A stretch of DNA of 64,000 nt from assembly GCF_036971445.1 (NCBI RefSeq), contig NC_091472.1, forward strand, positions 203,484,001 through 203,548,000. Reading direction: 5' to 3'. Positions 24,199 through 36,600 of the stretch are shown piece by piece. Made by a program: the position numbers and the translations under genes. The notes below the pieces were generated by a model. That model was not told the DNA's origin. It searched no databases and saw only the letters and a program-made list of their open reading frames with translations. Source of the DNA: Narcine bancroftii (taxonomy: Eukaryota). Position 1 is the stretch's first letter. Every line of letters begins with the position of its first letter.

Positions 24199-25632
24199 TG
24201 TGGTGGCGCACATCTCTTGGAGTGAACCAGCCCCACTAGTATCGCCGTGTTGGTGGGGCAGCTGCAGGAAAATGTCGCCGCCAGGGCCTGCTGATTGCCT
24301 TGTGGCTTAGGCCACAGCTCGCTCCCCGGGCAATGTGGTGACATCACCGCCACGTGGGGTGGAACTCCCGTTGGCTTTAAAGGTGCGCGCATGAAATTCA
24401 AATAAACAGTTCAACTGAAATCTCCACCGTGTCCAGCGGTGTATTTCTGTGTGTGTAGCAGCCGCTACATTGGTGACCCCACACAGCCCAGATGTTATCT
24501 GGTGTCCAACCATGGATTTGTCGGTGATCAGCGCTGTCTTCATGAAACTCCCTCTTCTCCCCCCCGCCCCACCTTTTTGGACCCATCGACCTTGCATGTG
24601 GTTCAGGCAGGTGGGGGCACATTTTCATCGCAGGCAGATCACCTTGGACTTAACCATGTGGTGCGTGCGCACAATGAGGAAACTGCGGCCAGAGTCGACA
24701 ACCTAATCCATGATCCTCCAGAGGGCAAGTATGTCGCCCTCAAAGTCCTCCTCCTTTGCACCTTCAGTCTCTCCCATTGGCAGCATGCAGCCAGGCCTGG
24801 GGTCAGAGCCCAGTCCGCTCGCACTGCCAGAAGAACACAAACCTTGCCTGATGTTTGAGCAAGCCTTCCTGGAACAAATGCCGCAAGACATCCTGCTCCT
24901 ACTAGTGGACGATGACTTCTCAGGCCACAGCCCGTGCCGACGAGCTGTGGAGAACCAAACGGGAGAACTAGGCTGCCATGAATCGTCACCCGGCCTTCGG
25001 ACCATGAATCATGTCACCCGCCTTGGATCCAGCCGACCACAGTCCGCCCCCAGGCAGAAACCAGAGGAGCACCAAACCACCTGGTGTTTCTACTGACATT
25101 CACAAACACATACCAACATGCCAGGGAAATGTCCAGGCCAGCCGCCGCTGATGGCTGCGATGGCTGGCCACACGAACGGCCTCTTACACGTGGTCGACAA
25201 GGCCAATGGAATGCGTTACCTGGTGGACATGAGAGGAGTTGAGCATGCTTCCCCTGACTGCCCTCGAATCCCACACGAGACCCTGTGGACAGCGAATGGC
25301 AGTGACATAAAGTCCTTCGGCAGATGGACCATTCAGGTACACCTCGGGCCAGGCAAATCCCGCATCTGCTGGTCACCGTGAGAACTGCGCTGCTAGGAGC
25401 CGATTTCCTCAGAGTGCACAGCCAGCTACAGGAAGGTGGCGTGGTGGGGGCTGGCTCTTGCCTTGTGGCTTAGGCCACAGTTCGCGCCCCGGGCCACGTG
25501 ATGACGTCGCCGCTGCGCGGGGGAGTGGGGGGGGCGGAACTCCCGTGGGCCTTAAAGGGGCACGCGAAATGCAAATGAACAGTTCGACTGAAAGCTCCAC
25601 CGAGTCCTGTGAGATGTGTAGCAGCCGCTGCA
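24199..25632 (+). mobile_element. Internally deleted Gypsy of CsRn1/Kabuki type
   Basis: 5' LTR 24199-24469, PBS TGGTGACCCC (tRNA-Trp type), gag PPFWTHRPCMWFRQV, CHCC-like finger, protease remnant YLVD, partial 3' LTR, and a near-TSD GTGT/GTGG. Confidence 0.8.
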
Positions 25633-26040
25633 GTGGATGTATTTCCCGGGACTGAAGTGAAACCTGGCTGTTCCCGGCTGCTTCCTGTCCTTGCCCTTTC
25701 TTGGTAGTAGAAGCCGTAGTGTGGGCTGAGGTTTCCTGGACCAGAAGCAGCAATTCCTTTTAAAGATGGTGCACTGCGGCCATTGGAGAAATGAAGGTTT
25801 AACAATAAATGGTGAACCACTCAAGCACATTGCTTTAAATGTAGACATACAGCATGATAACAGGCCCATTCAGCCCAGGAGCCCGTGCCGCCCAATTGCC
25901 CTATAAACCCCCACCCGGTACGTTTCGAAAGGTGGGAGAAAACCGGAGCGTCTGGCGGGAAAACCCTAGGCGGTCACGGGGAGGACGTACAGACAGCGCG
26001 GGATTCTACTATTTAGTTAGCAATATTTATATTTATATAC

Positions 26041-26522
26041 TCGACAGCATCGAGTCCACGCTGCTGAAGATCCAGCTGCGCTGGATGGGTCACGTCTCCA
26101 GAATGGAGGACCATCGCCTTCCCAAGATCGTGTTATATGGCGAGCTCTCCACTGGCCACCGTGACAGAGGTGCACCAAAGAAAAGGTACAAGGACTGCCT
26201 AAAGAAATCTCTTGGTGCCTGCCACATTGACCACCGCCAGTGGGCTGATAACGCCTCAAACCGTGCATCTTGGCGCCTCACAGTTTGGCGGGCAGCAACC
26301 TCCTTTGAAGAAGACCGCAGAGCCCACCTCACTGACAAAAGGCAAAGGAGGAAAAACCCAACACCCAACCCCAACCAACCAATTTTCCCCTGCAACCGCT
26401 GCAACCGTGTCTGCCTGTCCCGCATCGGACTTGTCAGCCACAAACGAGCCTGCAGCTGACGTGGTCTTTTTACCCCCTCCATAAATCTTCGTCCGCGAAG
26501 CCAAGCCAAAGAAGAAGAAGAA
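26041..26522 (+). mobile_element. RTE-clade LINE 3' fragment (same family as 14058)
   Basis: Near-identical to 14518-14991, with a (GAA)n tail. Confidence 0.95.
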
Positions 26523-26609
26523 ATTTATATGTGTACTGCGTCTAAGTACCCATGCAATGTCTACATATGTGTCTGGATGCTCTCCCACCGAAGAAACGCT
26601 GCTTCCTCC

Positions 26610-27139
26610 TGTGAGAGATAAGTTAAACTGATATAAAAATATGAAGATGAAGAAAGCTAGTATGGATATATGTGTAATGAATAAAGCCAGTATGAATAGG
26701 ATAAGAATAGATAATAGAATGTAGGAAGTAAAGTTAGTTTGGATAAGGGTCTTCTAGCCTTAGACAGAATTAGCAAGGTCTGCATATAAGAAGGTTGTAG
26801 CCCTGAAGGTGTGAATTAGAACAAAGGCAGGTTTGTGAATAAGGACAATGACATGATGGGACACCGACAGGATACCCCCTGGTCCTCCAAGTTCACAGAA
26901 GCAGCACATAGGCAGACAGGATTGCCTAATGCCAAACTCATCCAGGAGGCAGAAGAATGTAAGGGGGAGGGTACTTCTATACTGAAATCAACTGTATAAA
27001 AGTTGGGTGAGCCCCAGTGTATGTGTGTATTCCCAGGGTAAGGGGAAAGCACCCAACTTTGCATTGTTGTATAATAAATGTTCTTTGTTCTCAATTTTTG
27101 TCTCGAGCAAATTCTGTGAAGGTACTTCTGTTTCTCACA
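26610..27139 (+). mobile_element. Solo LTR, 4-bp TSD CTCC
   Basis: TG...CA ends, TATAAAA, AATAAA; paralog at 36802-37487. Confidence 0.9.
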
Positions 27140-28624
27140 CTCCGCTGTGTTTATGCAATTCAACGAGAGTAATGAACTTTAGTGGCTCTGTCGAGGTTCA
27201 ACTCAATTCTTCGGGGAAATTTGTGGCAATTTTTCACAGATTAAGAATTCCCACACAGGAATGTCGGGCGTAACTGTGATTAGTTAAGGGTCAAGTGAGG
27301 GCGGTGGGAGGGAGGGAGATGAAACGAGCTTGAACTCTATAGAATGGATCACTGTAAATTGGAGGCAATATTGATACTGCTCACGTTGACTCTAATAATG
27401 TTGATTACTGTTTGTTTGGGAAATTATAATTTAAAAAAACCCAGTACGTGTGGGTGGGAATTGCTACTACCACGAAGGTAATGGATGCTTTTCCACAAAT
27501 GACTGCATTGATTCCTGAGTGGTCCAATTTTTTTCTCTGTTTACCCTTTCTTTTCTTATATAGGAATAAAATATTTTGATATTTAATGTTATCTGCCGCC
27601 CTTTCTCCCTCTTGATCCCCCCTTTTTTTAATAGTTCTTATCTTAATTCCTGAAACTCCTACAGCAATGCGTATGATTCCAGCTGCTTAAACCTGCCCCA
27701 GACAACTTCAGATAAGCGAAACCTGGTTAAATGATGGTGAGTGTGTTGTAGAATCTTTGTTCCGGTTCAATGGATTTGCAGACTGTCATCTCAACCTGAG
27801 AAATGCAGTTAGTGTTGGGCAGGTCATTAAATGCATTGAGTGGTTTTGATTAGAGTGGGTTTGAACAACGGAGTTCCGATTCAACATTAATGTTATCAAG
27901 TGCCTATTTGGAACCCATATCTTGACGTTATAGTTTCAATTACAATATTTGAGGGAGGAAGAACTCAGGCAGACCCGAGTAAGCTGCCCCCAGAATGTGG
28001 TGGTAGAAATGGTTCCATTGCGAAGATATCCTTATGCGCTACGGCAAAAGAGTAATTCAGCGAAGGCTTTCCACGAGAGCACTTGTCCACTGGCAAACTC
28101 TATTGAGAGCAGGTTGTTCTGACTCGTAGTCATTTCTGACGATGATTGTGTTGTGACAGAGTTGAAACATTCAAGCAGAGACAAATGCAATGAATGGGAA
28201 TGGAGTTTTAGAAATTGAGACGGGGGGTGGGTTTGTGCGCGCTGGAATGTCGTGGCCTCAGAGAAGCTCTGGAAATGTAGCAATTTCCATCGTTGGCTCG
28301 AATGGTGCCCCAGGCGGAAAGTTGGATGATTTGCCACGGCCACAGTATATTGATTTCAGGACGGAATCAAGGAACGATACGTTGGAAGGAAAAGCGGGAG
28401 GTGCACAGCGAGTCAGCCAGCGTCCATGGATAGACGTGACCAGTCAACCTTTTGGGTCGGGACACTTTTCCATTTCTGCAGATTCCAGCATCTGCAGTTT
28501 CTATCATGGTTCATTGAAGCATAAATTAGGCCAGCGGTCGGCTGCATCTTTGATTAAAATCCGTCAACAGTTGTGCTTAGAGAAATTATGACGGAAATAG
28601 AAGCAACTGGGAAAATATATGCTC

Positions 28625-28757
28625 CAGGGGTGGGCAACCTTTTAAATTTTTAGTAGCAGGCCATTTCAGCCCACGAGTCCGAGCCGCCCAATTGACCTCA
28701 TGGGCCTGTTACCGTGCTGTATGTCTTCATCAAAGAATAAAAGTTTGTCCACCCCCG
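28625..28757. mobile_element. Short hAT-type MITE
   Basis: TIRs CAGGGGTGGGCAACCTT / AAGTTTGTCCACCCCCG with similar flanks TATGCTC/TAGGCTC. Confidence 0.55.
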
Positions 28758-29299
28758 TAGGCTCTTGGTACATGGGTTCCATTTCGTTTGCTATGTAATA
28801 ACTTGCAAAGCTACTTCGACTTAATTTAAGGACATAGGGAAGGCAAGTCAGGAATTCTGGCTCGAATTTCCGAAAGCTGTTGAACATCGGAGAGGTTCCT
28901 GTGGAAAAGAGAAAGTTGTGTTTGTTTTTTTAAAATGAAGTTAGCCACAGATTGATGAGGGAGATACCCTTTGCAGAAAGAAATACGAGAACTCGTCTCA
29001 AAGATTAGATCACAAGGCATTCAGTATAGCATTCGGCACTTTTAAACGACATATTCTTGCTCCAAAATTCTTGGTGAATCTAATTTAATCGCTTTCTTGA
29101 GCAAATGAACCCAGGAATGAAGGGATTGAGTTCAGAGCTTGTGTTGATCTATTTCCAGTGCAACGATCGTCACCAGCTTGCACAAAAAGTCCGTTGGAGC
29201 ATTACCATCCAAAGTGGTTATATTTATAAATCACACAGACACAAATAAAACGATGTACCAGAGACGAATATTGACGTTCGAATATAATTTTGAATTAAG

Positions 29300-30960
29300 C
29301 AGATGCATGGCAGATGGCATTTCATCATCATCATGGCCCATCCCTTCGCGAGCAAAGATGAACACGGTGCCTTGTAGCTCTTCTGCCCTCAGAGAACTTT
29401 TTGTTGGCACATTGTGATGTGCCACTGTGAATCGCGGAATGCCATGCAGTGCGATTTTTTGCGAGGTCCTCTCAGTCAGTATGGTTGACATGGAGTGACT
29501 GGAGATTGCACTTGATTACATCTTTGTAGCAAAGATGTGGGTGGACAACAGGACGGGGAACATCTGGTAGCCCACCATAGAGGACATCTTTGGGCAATCA
29601 GCCATCCTCTATATGGACAATGTGGCCAGCCCACCGCAGGCGGCGAGCGTGGACAATTGAGTAGAGGTCTATGCTTCCAATCTTCTTCAGGACTTGGATG
29701 TTTGTGACTCTGTCACGCCATGAGTAGCTTAGGATGGATCCGAGGCAGCGGAAATGGAATGTGTTAAGGCAGTGTTCTTGCTTTCTGTATGTGACCCAGG
29801 ATTCACATCCATGGAGAAGAATGCTCAGCATGCAGGCCTCATAGACTCGGATCTTCAACTTGGTGAACGTGGGCACGGAGGCGTCCGAAGGTAGTGGATG
29901 CTTTTCCCAGGCGTGTGTCCAGTTCTATGTCAAGTGAGTTCATTGTTGTTATGGTGGAGCTCAAGTAGCAGAATTTCTCTATGTTGGCCAGCACTGACCC
30001 ATTGATGGTAATTGATGGAGTGTTTTGGGTTTGTTGGCTAAAGACGACTGTCTTGTCCAGGCTGATTTTCAGACCAAATTCAGTGCTGGGAGATGCAAAT
30101 GCATCACACAACGCTTGCAGCTCTGGCTGAGAGTGAGCCATGAAGGCAGCATCACCTGCATAGAGCAGTTCTCGAATCATAACTCTTCTGATTTTGGTCT
30201 TTGCCCGAATCCGTGACAGATTAAAAACTTTTCCAGAGCTCCTTGTGTGCAGGGCTATGCCTGAAAGGCATGGCGCAGAAGAGCAGAGAAGTTAAACAGA
30301 ACTGGAGCAAGTTCGCAGCCATCTCGAGCCGTCGAATGGGATAATGGTCTGCTTGTTGTGGTGGAACTAGACGATGATGGACAGTAGTGTGTAAGGGCAG
30401 CCAAGACATTTTAAGACATGGAATAGGTCTGAATGACTAACTTAGTTATAGGCCTTGGTGAGGTCAATGAAGCACACATAGAGGGGTTTGCATTGTTCAA
30501 TACATCTCTCTTGCAGATGGCGGAAGGTGAAGACCATATCGATAGTTGATCGAGATAGTTGAAAGCCACATTGGTGATGGTTTGCAGGCAGGTGAGGATT
30601 GATGGTAGAGTATCTTGCCTACAAGGCTGAGCAGTGAGATGCCACGGTAATTGTTGCAGTCTTGATGGTCACCTTTGTTTTTGTAAAGGGTCACAATGTT
30701 CGCATCTCACAGATCTTTGGGCATGCCGTGGTGGAGCCAGCAGGTTTTGAATAGTGTTGTGAGCTCAGAGACCAGCGCTTCGCCGCCAAGCTTTAAGATT
30801 TCTGAGGGGATACCATCGATTCCAGGTGATTTATTATTTTTCATGCAGTGGACTGCTTTTCTGACATCAGTGATGATAAATTCAGCATCTAGCTCCACTA
30901 GAACAGGTAGTTGTGGCAGGGTGTTGCCGATGATATCAGGGTCCACATCAACTGGCATTT
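29300..30960 (-). mobile_element. Older RTE-clade LINE, frameshifted
   Basis: KSPGIDGIPSE, DCNNYRGISLLS, LLYAGDAA, FCYLSS, RRLRWAGH. Confidence 0.9.
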
Positions 30961-31998
30961 ACATCGAAGAAATCCAAAATCTTTCACGAGTCCGAAATAA
31001 ATTAATTTCACTTGACTGTGGGTGGTTGAACACAATAGTTAATCAACTCCATTCTTATCCATTGTGTGACTAACCTGGTTACCAGTCTTGCAATTCACCT
31101 CTTTCCAGTCAGTAAGTTAAAATGTAAACTGTAGCTACAAAAGGCAACGACACAATTAATTCCCCCCCCCCCCAAGAATGACCGATCAACCAAATAAAGA
31201 GATTGAAATCGATAACAAGCAACAAGTTTACAATGCACGTCTGACCAAAAGTAGATTGATGGTAGAAATGCTGGGGATAAGAGCGTCAAAACAGACCAAA
31301 ATGGACACAATTGCTGGGAATAAAAACTCCAAAGAGACTGTTGGTACTCATCAGATTAAAAACGGTTGCTTAGAATCAACGAGGGAACAAATAATATTCC
31401 CAGCATTGTGGCAGGGAAGAAAACAGATGAAAAATGTATGAAGAAAATGGAAGATTCAACTTTGAACACAAAACACCCATACACAGAACATGCAACATTA
31501 CAGCATAGTACAATGTGAACCGACTTCACATCGATAACCCTTTATTTTTCTTACATCTATGTGCCTATCGAAGAGTATTTTGAATGTCCCTATTGTATCG
31601 ACCTCCACCAGCACGCCTGACAATCCATTGCAAGCACTCTTTGCAAAAAAAATTACTTCCTCCAATTACCTGTAAAAGGTTTTTTAAAAAAATTCTTATT
31701 TGCCCTGTTGACCCGGGAGATAGGTGCTAATTTGATTGTAGGCAACATATCTATTTGATCTTTCTCTTTTCAAACTTCATGAGCCGGCCATCCCATGTCA
31801 ACCTCTCAGAAGGTGACGTCCCAGCTCTGCTCTATCGCGGATCACGGGGGAAGATTTGCCTGCGGGGAACAGAGTAACAGGCTGCCAGCTGGGCTGGGAA
31901 GGATGAGGTTGATGGAGTAGGTTTATACAGGTAGGGAAAACATTGTGAGCCGAAGGGCCCATGTTTTATTTGATGTTCTACCTTTTGAATGTAGACAT

Positions 31999-32747
31999 TG
32001 TGACAGAGTATTTAGAGGTGGTTTGGGAGAAATTGTTAGAGCAGGTAACACACAAACATTTTAAAACACAGAGTTTTTGCAGGACTTTTGCAGTGCTTTT
32101 TGCAACAGACAAACAAAGTAGCAACATACAGCAGGTTGCTGCCGGGGAGAGCATGTGATCTTTGCAGGCAGAGGAGAACAGCTTTGCTCCCAGAGAGGGA
32201 GGGAGCTGAGAGAGAAGAAGAGACAGAGAAATCGGTTCCAGAGGGACAAGCTGGCAAACTTTGGAAGACTGCCTGGTCAAAGGAGGAGACTGACGGTCTG
32301 AAAGGTGACCTGAAAGAAAGAGAATCAGCTGGAGAACCCTAAAGGGGCAAGTTTCGTCAGCAAGATTGATTGGAAAGGAATCAGGTGCGGATGTCCTGGA
32401 ACAAAAGGAATCGCTCTCAAAAAACCAATCAGAAACTCCTGAGTGGTAACCATTTGCCCGTTAAGCACCAAAGCCTGGTGAACTTTATTAATGCTAACTT
32501 CTGTGCACAGTCCAAGAATTGCCTGCAACCCGTGAGATTGGGTCTCAAAGAACTTTTCTAAGCTTATATACACATTACTCACACTTGCTTTTAGTATTAG
32601 AGGGGCGATTAAGTAAGTTAAGTAATGTTAAAGTTTAATTCTGTTTTCTTGTTCAAATATAATTAAAAACAACTTTTGTTTAAGTAACCCTGTGTTGTGG
32701 TGAATATCTAATGCTGCTGGTTTTGGGGTCCTCTGGACTCCGTAACA
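31999..32747 (+). mobile_element. Solo LTR, 4-bp TSD ACAT
   Basis: TGTGAC...GTAACA ends; related copies at 33377-39972 (-) and about 39977-40659 (+). Confidence 0.9.
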
Positions 32748-33669
32748 ACATAAACATTGACACATTTTCATGATATTTCAATATTTGAAGGGGCGAGAGA
32801 TTGGGTGTTATTGTTCAAAGTTATCTGGGTGTCCATTTCCTGAAAGCAAATGTGCCAATGCAACAATTCACTTGGAATCCAAATGGTGTTCTGTCTACGA
32901 AGACCAAAAAATTTACGCATAAAAACAGTGGTATCTTTCTGCATTTAAGGTCTCCCTAAGACCACACTTGGCCCTTTGCACAATTTCGTGCTCACTGCTT
33001 TAAAAGATCTTGTTGCACAATTAAGTCTAACCACTCGACGGTAGATTTGCAATTTCAGAAGAAAATGGATCACATTGCCTCGTGGCCTCTGGGGTTTAGA
33101 ACGATGCAGGCAGGGTTTAGAATGACAAGGTGACTATTTCATGGGAACAAAACTAAACAGCATGGATGGATATTTTGAGTGGCCGAGGAGTCAGCAATCA
33201 TGGGTGACATTCTTGGCACAGGAGGCAGAAACTGAGAACCAAACTTAGAGGTTTTCAGGACATTTAGGTTGGGTTGTGATTTTGGGTCATTGGCTCAAAA
33301 CAGTGGTCTCGCACAATTGGCTCATCAGTCAGGCAAAAATACCAAACGTCCAATGAATCGTTGGATTTATCTGCCCTGTTACGAGTCAAGAGGATCCCAA
33401 AACCCAGCAGCATGACAAAGGGTTACTGAAACAAAAGTTGCTTTTAATTATCTTTGAACATGAAAATAGAATAAAACTTTAACTTATCTCTATTGACTCA
33501 CTTAACCTACTTAACCCCCTTCTAATTCTAAGGTCACGTGTGTGTGATGTGTATGTAAGTTCAGGAAAGTTATTTGGTTCACAGTTCAATCTTACTGGTT
33601 GCAGGCAATTCTTGTACCGTGCACAGAAGTTAACATTAATAAATTTCACTAGGGTTTGGTGCTTAACAG

Positions 33670-36600
33670 TGTACTGACAATAACCACACCAGCCGTGCAA
33701 GTATAAGACAGCTTTAATAAACTAATATGTACATGAAGAGGTCTTGTCTCTCTGCAAGACAAACCTGGAAGGCTAGACTGTAGCTCTGGACTGCTTTATA
33801 TACAAGGTCATCGGGATGACCTATGGTGACCTAGTGGTGTAATTACATATCACCACATTCATCCCCTCTTTAGAAAATTGTTATCCCCCCCTCCCCTGTC
33901 CTCCTTCCCTTGTTTGTAAGTTCATAAGTCCCAATTTTTTGTGGCTTCCGTTGCTTTCTGGACCTCCTCAGTAGTGGTATAGGGGTGGGGCGTGCTAGAT
34001 GGCCATGTGGGCTGAGGATCCACTTGTATGGGATTAGGTCCTGCCATCAAGTCTATTTGTGGGGTGGGCGTATCCAAGGTCCTGATTTCGGGGTGGGTGG
34101 TATACTCCTCTGGGGTGACTCAATGGACAACTGTTCTAGTGACTGCTGCTGTACTCCTTGTTGATCTGTAGACATCTGTGTTTCCTCTGCGTTGTTCACA
34201 CATCCGGCCAGCGTGAGATCCCTGGTGGCCACCGAGTCTTCTCTTCCATCTGGGAATGTGATGAAGGCGTACTTAGGGTTCGCATGCCTCAACTCCACTT
34301 GATCCACCAGCGGGTCCGCTCTGTGGGGTCTGCAGTGCTTCCAGAGGAGAACAGGTCCCTGTGTCATCATCCATTTAGGCAGCACTGTGCCCGTCGAGGC
34401 TTTCCTTGTGAAAGAAAAGATACGGTCATGTGGGGTCATGTTAGTGGCAGTACACAACAAAGAATGTATAGAGTGTAGGGCTTCTGGAAACACTTCTTGC
34501 AAACTAGTAACAGGCAGGTCTTTGTTTTTAAAGTCAAGAGGACCATTTTCCAGATAGTGGCATTTTCCCTTTCGACTTGTCCATTCCCGCAGGATTGTAA
34601 CTTGTAGTGCAGCTGGTAGCAATCCCTCTCTCATGCAGTTACTGCTGTACTTCTGTGCTCATGAAAGCAGCACCCCTGTCTGTGTGTATGTAGTTCGGGT
34701 ACCCAAATATACTGAAGATGAGTTGGAGACATTTTATAACAGTGGCTGCTGATACATCAGAACACGGGATTGCGAAGGGGAAACGGGAATATTCATCTAT
34801 TATGTTTAGAAAATAGACATTTCTATTATTGGACGGGAGTGGGCCCTTTAAATCGAGGCTGAGGTGCTCAAAAGGTTTGGTAGCTTTTATCAGGGTGGCT
34901 TTGTCTGGCCGGTCAAATTGTGGTTTACATTCCGCACAGATGGGACAGTTCTTGTTCACTGACCTCACTTCCTCTACTGAAAATGGGAGGTTTTGGGTTT
35001 TAATGAATTGAAGCAGTCTAGCGACCCCCGGGTGGCCCAGCTCATTTTGCAAGTTCTGCAACTGGGATGTGTGGTTAAGGATGGCACAAGTGCCTCTGGA
35101 CAGCGTGTCCAGGGGCTCGTTGAGTCTCCCGGGGTGGTATAGAATGTTGTAGTTAAATGTAGACAATTTAATCCCCAGCGCAGGATTTTGTCATTCTTAA
35201 TTCTCCCCCTGTTCTGGTTATCAAACATAAAAGCCACAGAGTGAAGTGTTTGCATGCCAGATAATGTTGCCAGGGCCTTAATGCTTCCACAATGGCTAGG
35301 GTCTCCTTCTCTATTGCTGAGTGTCTTACTTCTGACCCCTGTAGGGTTCACGAGAAAAAGGCCACCAGTCATCCGTCTTGGTTTAGGGTGGCTGCCAGAG
35401 CCACATCAAATGCATCTGTTTCTACTTGTAATGGGATCGACTCATCTATGGACCGCATGGTAGCTTTAGCGATATGGTCCCTAATGTCCCTGAATGCTCT
35501 GGTGGCTACTGGGCACAGTGGGAAAACTGAGGCTTTTATAAGTGGGCGGGCCCTGTCGGCGTAGTTGGAGACCCATTAGGCGTAGTAAACAAACAGCCCC
35601 AAACACCTTTTAGTGCTTTCAGCGTGTGTGGCACTGGGAGGTCTAGGAGAGGGCACATACAGGCTGGGTCTGGGCTGATTTCCCCGTTCTGGACTATGTA
35701 GCCCAGGATTGGCAACTTCCTGTCGCTAAAGACGCATTTGTCCCTGTTGTACGTTAGGTTCCTTTTCTCGGCTGCCTTGAAGAAGTGTTTTAAATTCGTG
35801 TCATAATCCTCCTGAATGTGGCCACAGATTATCACGTAGTCTAAATAAGGGAACACCACTCATTTACTATTCAGTCCATTTCTCTTGAAACAGGGACACT
35901 CCATTGGTGACATCGAAGGGAAGTCGCAGAAATTGATACAGCCTGCCATCTGCCTCAAATGCCGTGTAAATGAGATCGCTGTTTCTAATGGCCAGTTGGT
36001 GATATGCTGCCTCCAGGTCTATGGTGGAGAACACCTTATACTGCACTATGTTGTTGACCATGCCTGCTATGCGTGGCAGGGGGTAGGCATTTAGTTGTGT
36101 AAATTGTTGATGTCTGGCTGTAATCCACTACCATGGGCAGTTTTTCTCCTGACTTTACTCCAACCACCTCGACTCTCCAGGGGCTGGTGCTTTGCTCTAT
36201 GATTCTATGATGCCCCCCTGTAGTAGCCTGCAGACCTCTGTCCTAATGAAGGCTCTATCCCTTGGGCTGTACCTCCTGCTCTTTGTGGCTATTGGTGTGC
36301 ATTCTGTGTTCAGGTGTGTGAACAGTGGAGGGGGTTCTATGTTCAGGACAGACAGGTTGCATTGTTGTTTCTTCGTAAGGCATAGTGGGGTGGGGGGGGG
36401 GATGAGGCCCATTGTCCACTATTGTAATGCTTTCTAACTGGCACTGAAAATCTAACCCCAATAGTACCAGGGCACAGAGGTGAGGGAGTACTAGTAATTT
36501 GAACCCTTCGTATTTTGTGCCCTTGATTTCTAGAGTAACCCTGCAAAACTGTTTTACCTCAGCTACAAGGCTGCTGGCTGCTAACAGGATCTAGTGCTCA

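Larger units (their letters stand above)
22783..27863. repeat. About 280-bp direct repeat (22783-23062 and 27590-27863)
   Basis: CGTATGATTCCAGCTGCTTAAACCTGCCCCAGACAACTTCAGATAAG..GGATTTGCAGACTGTCATCTCAACCTGAGAAATG is shared nearly identically. Confidence 0.9.
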
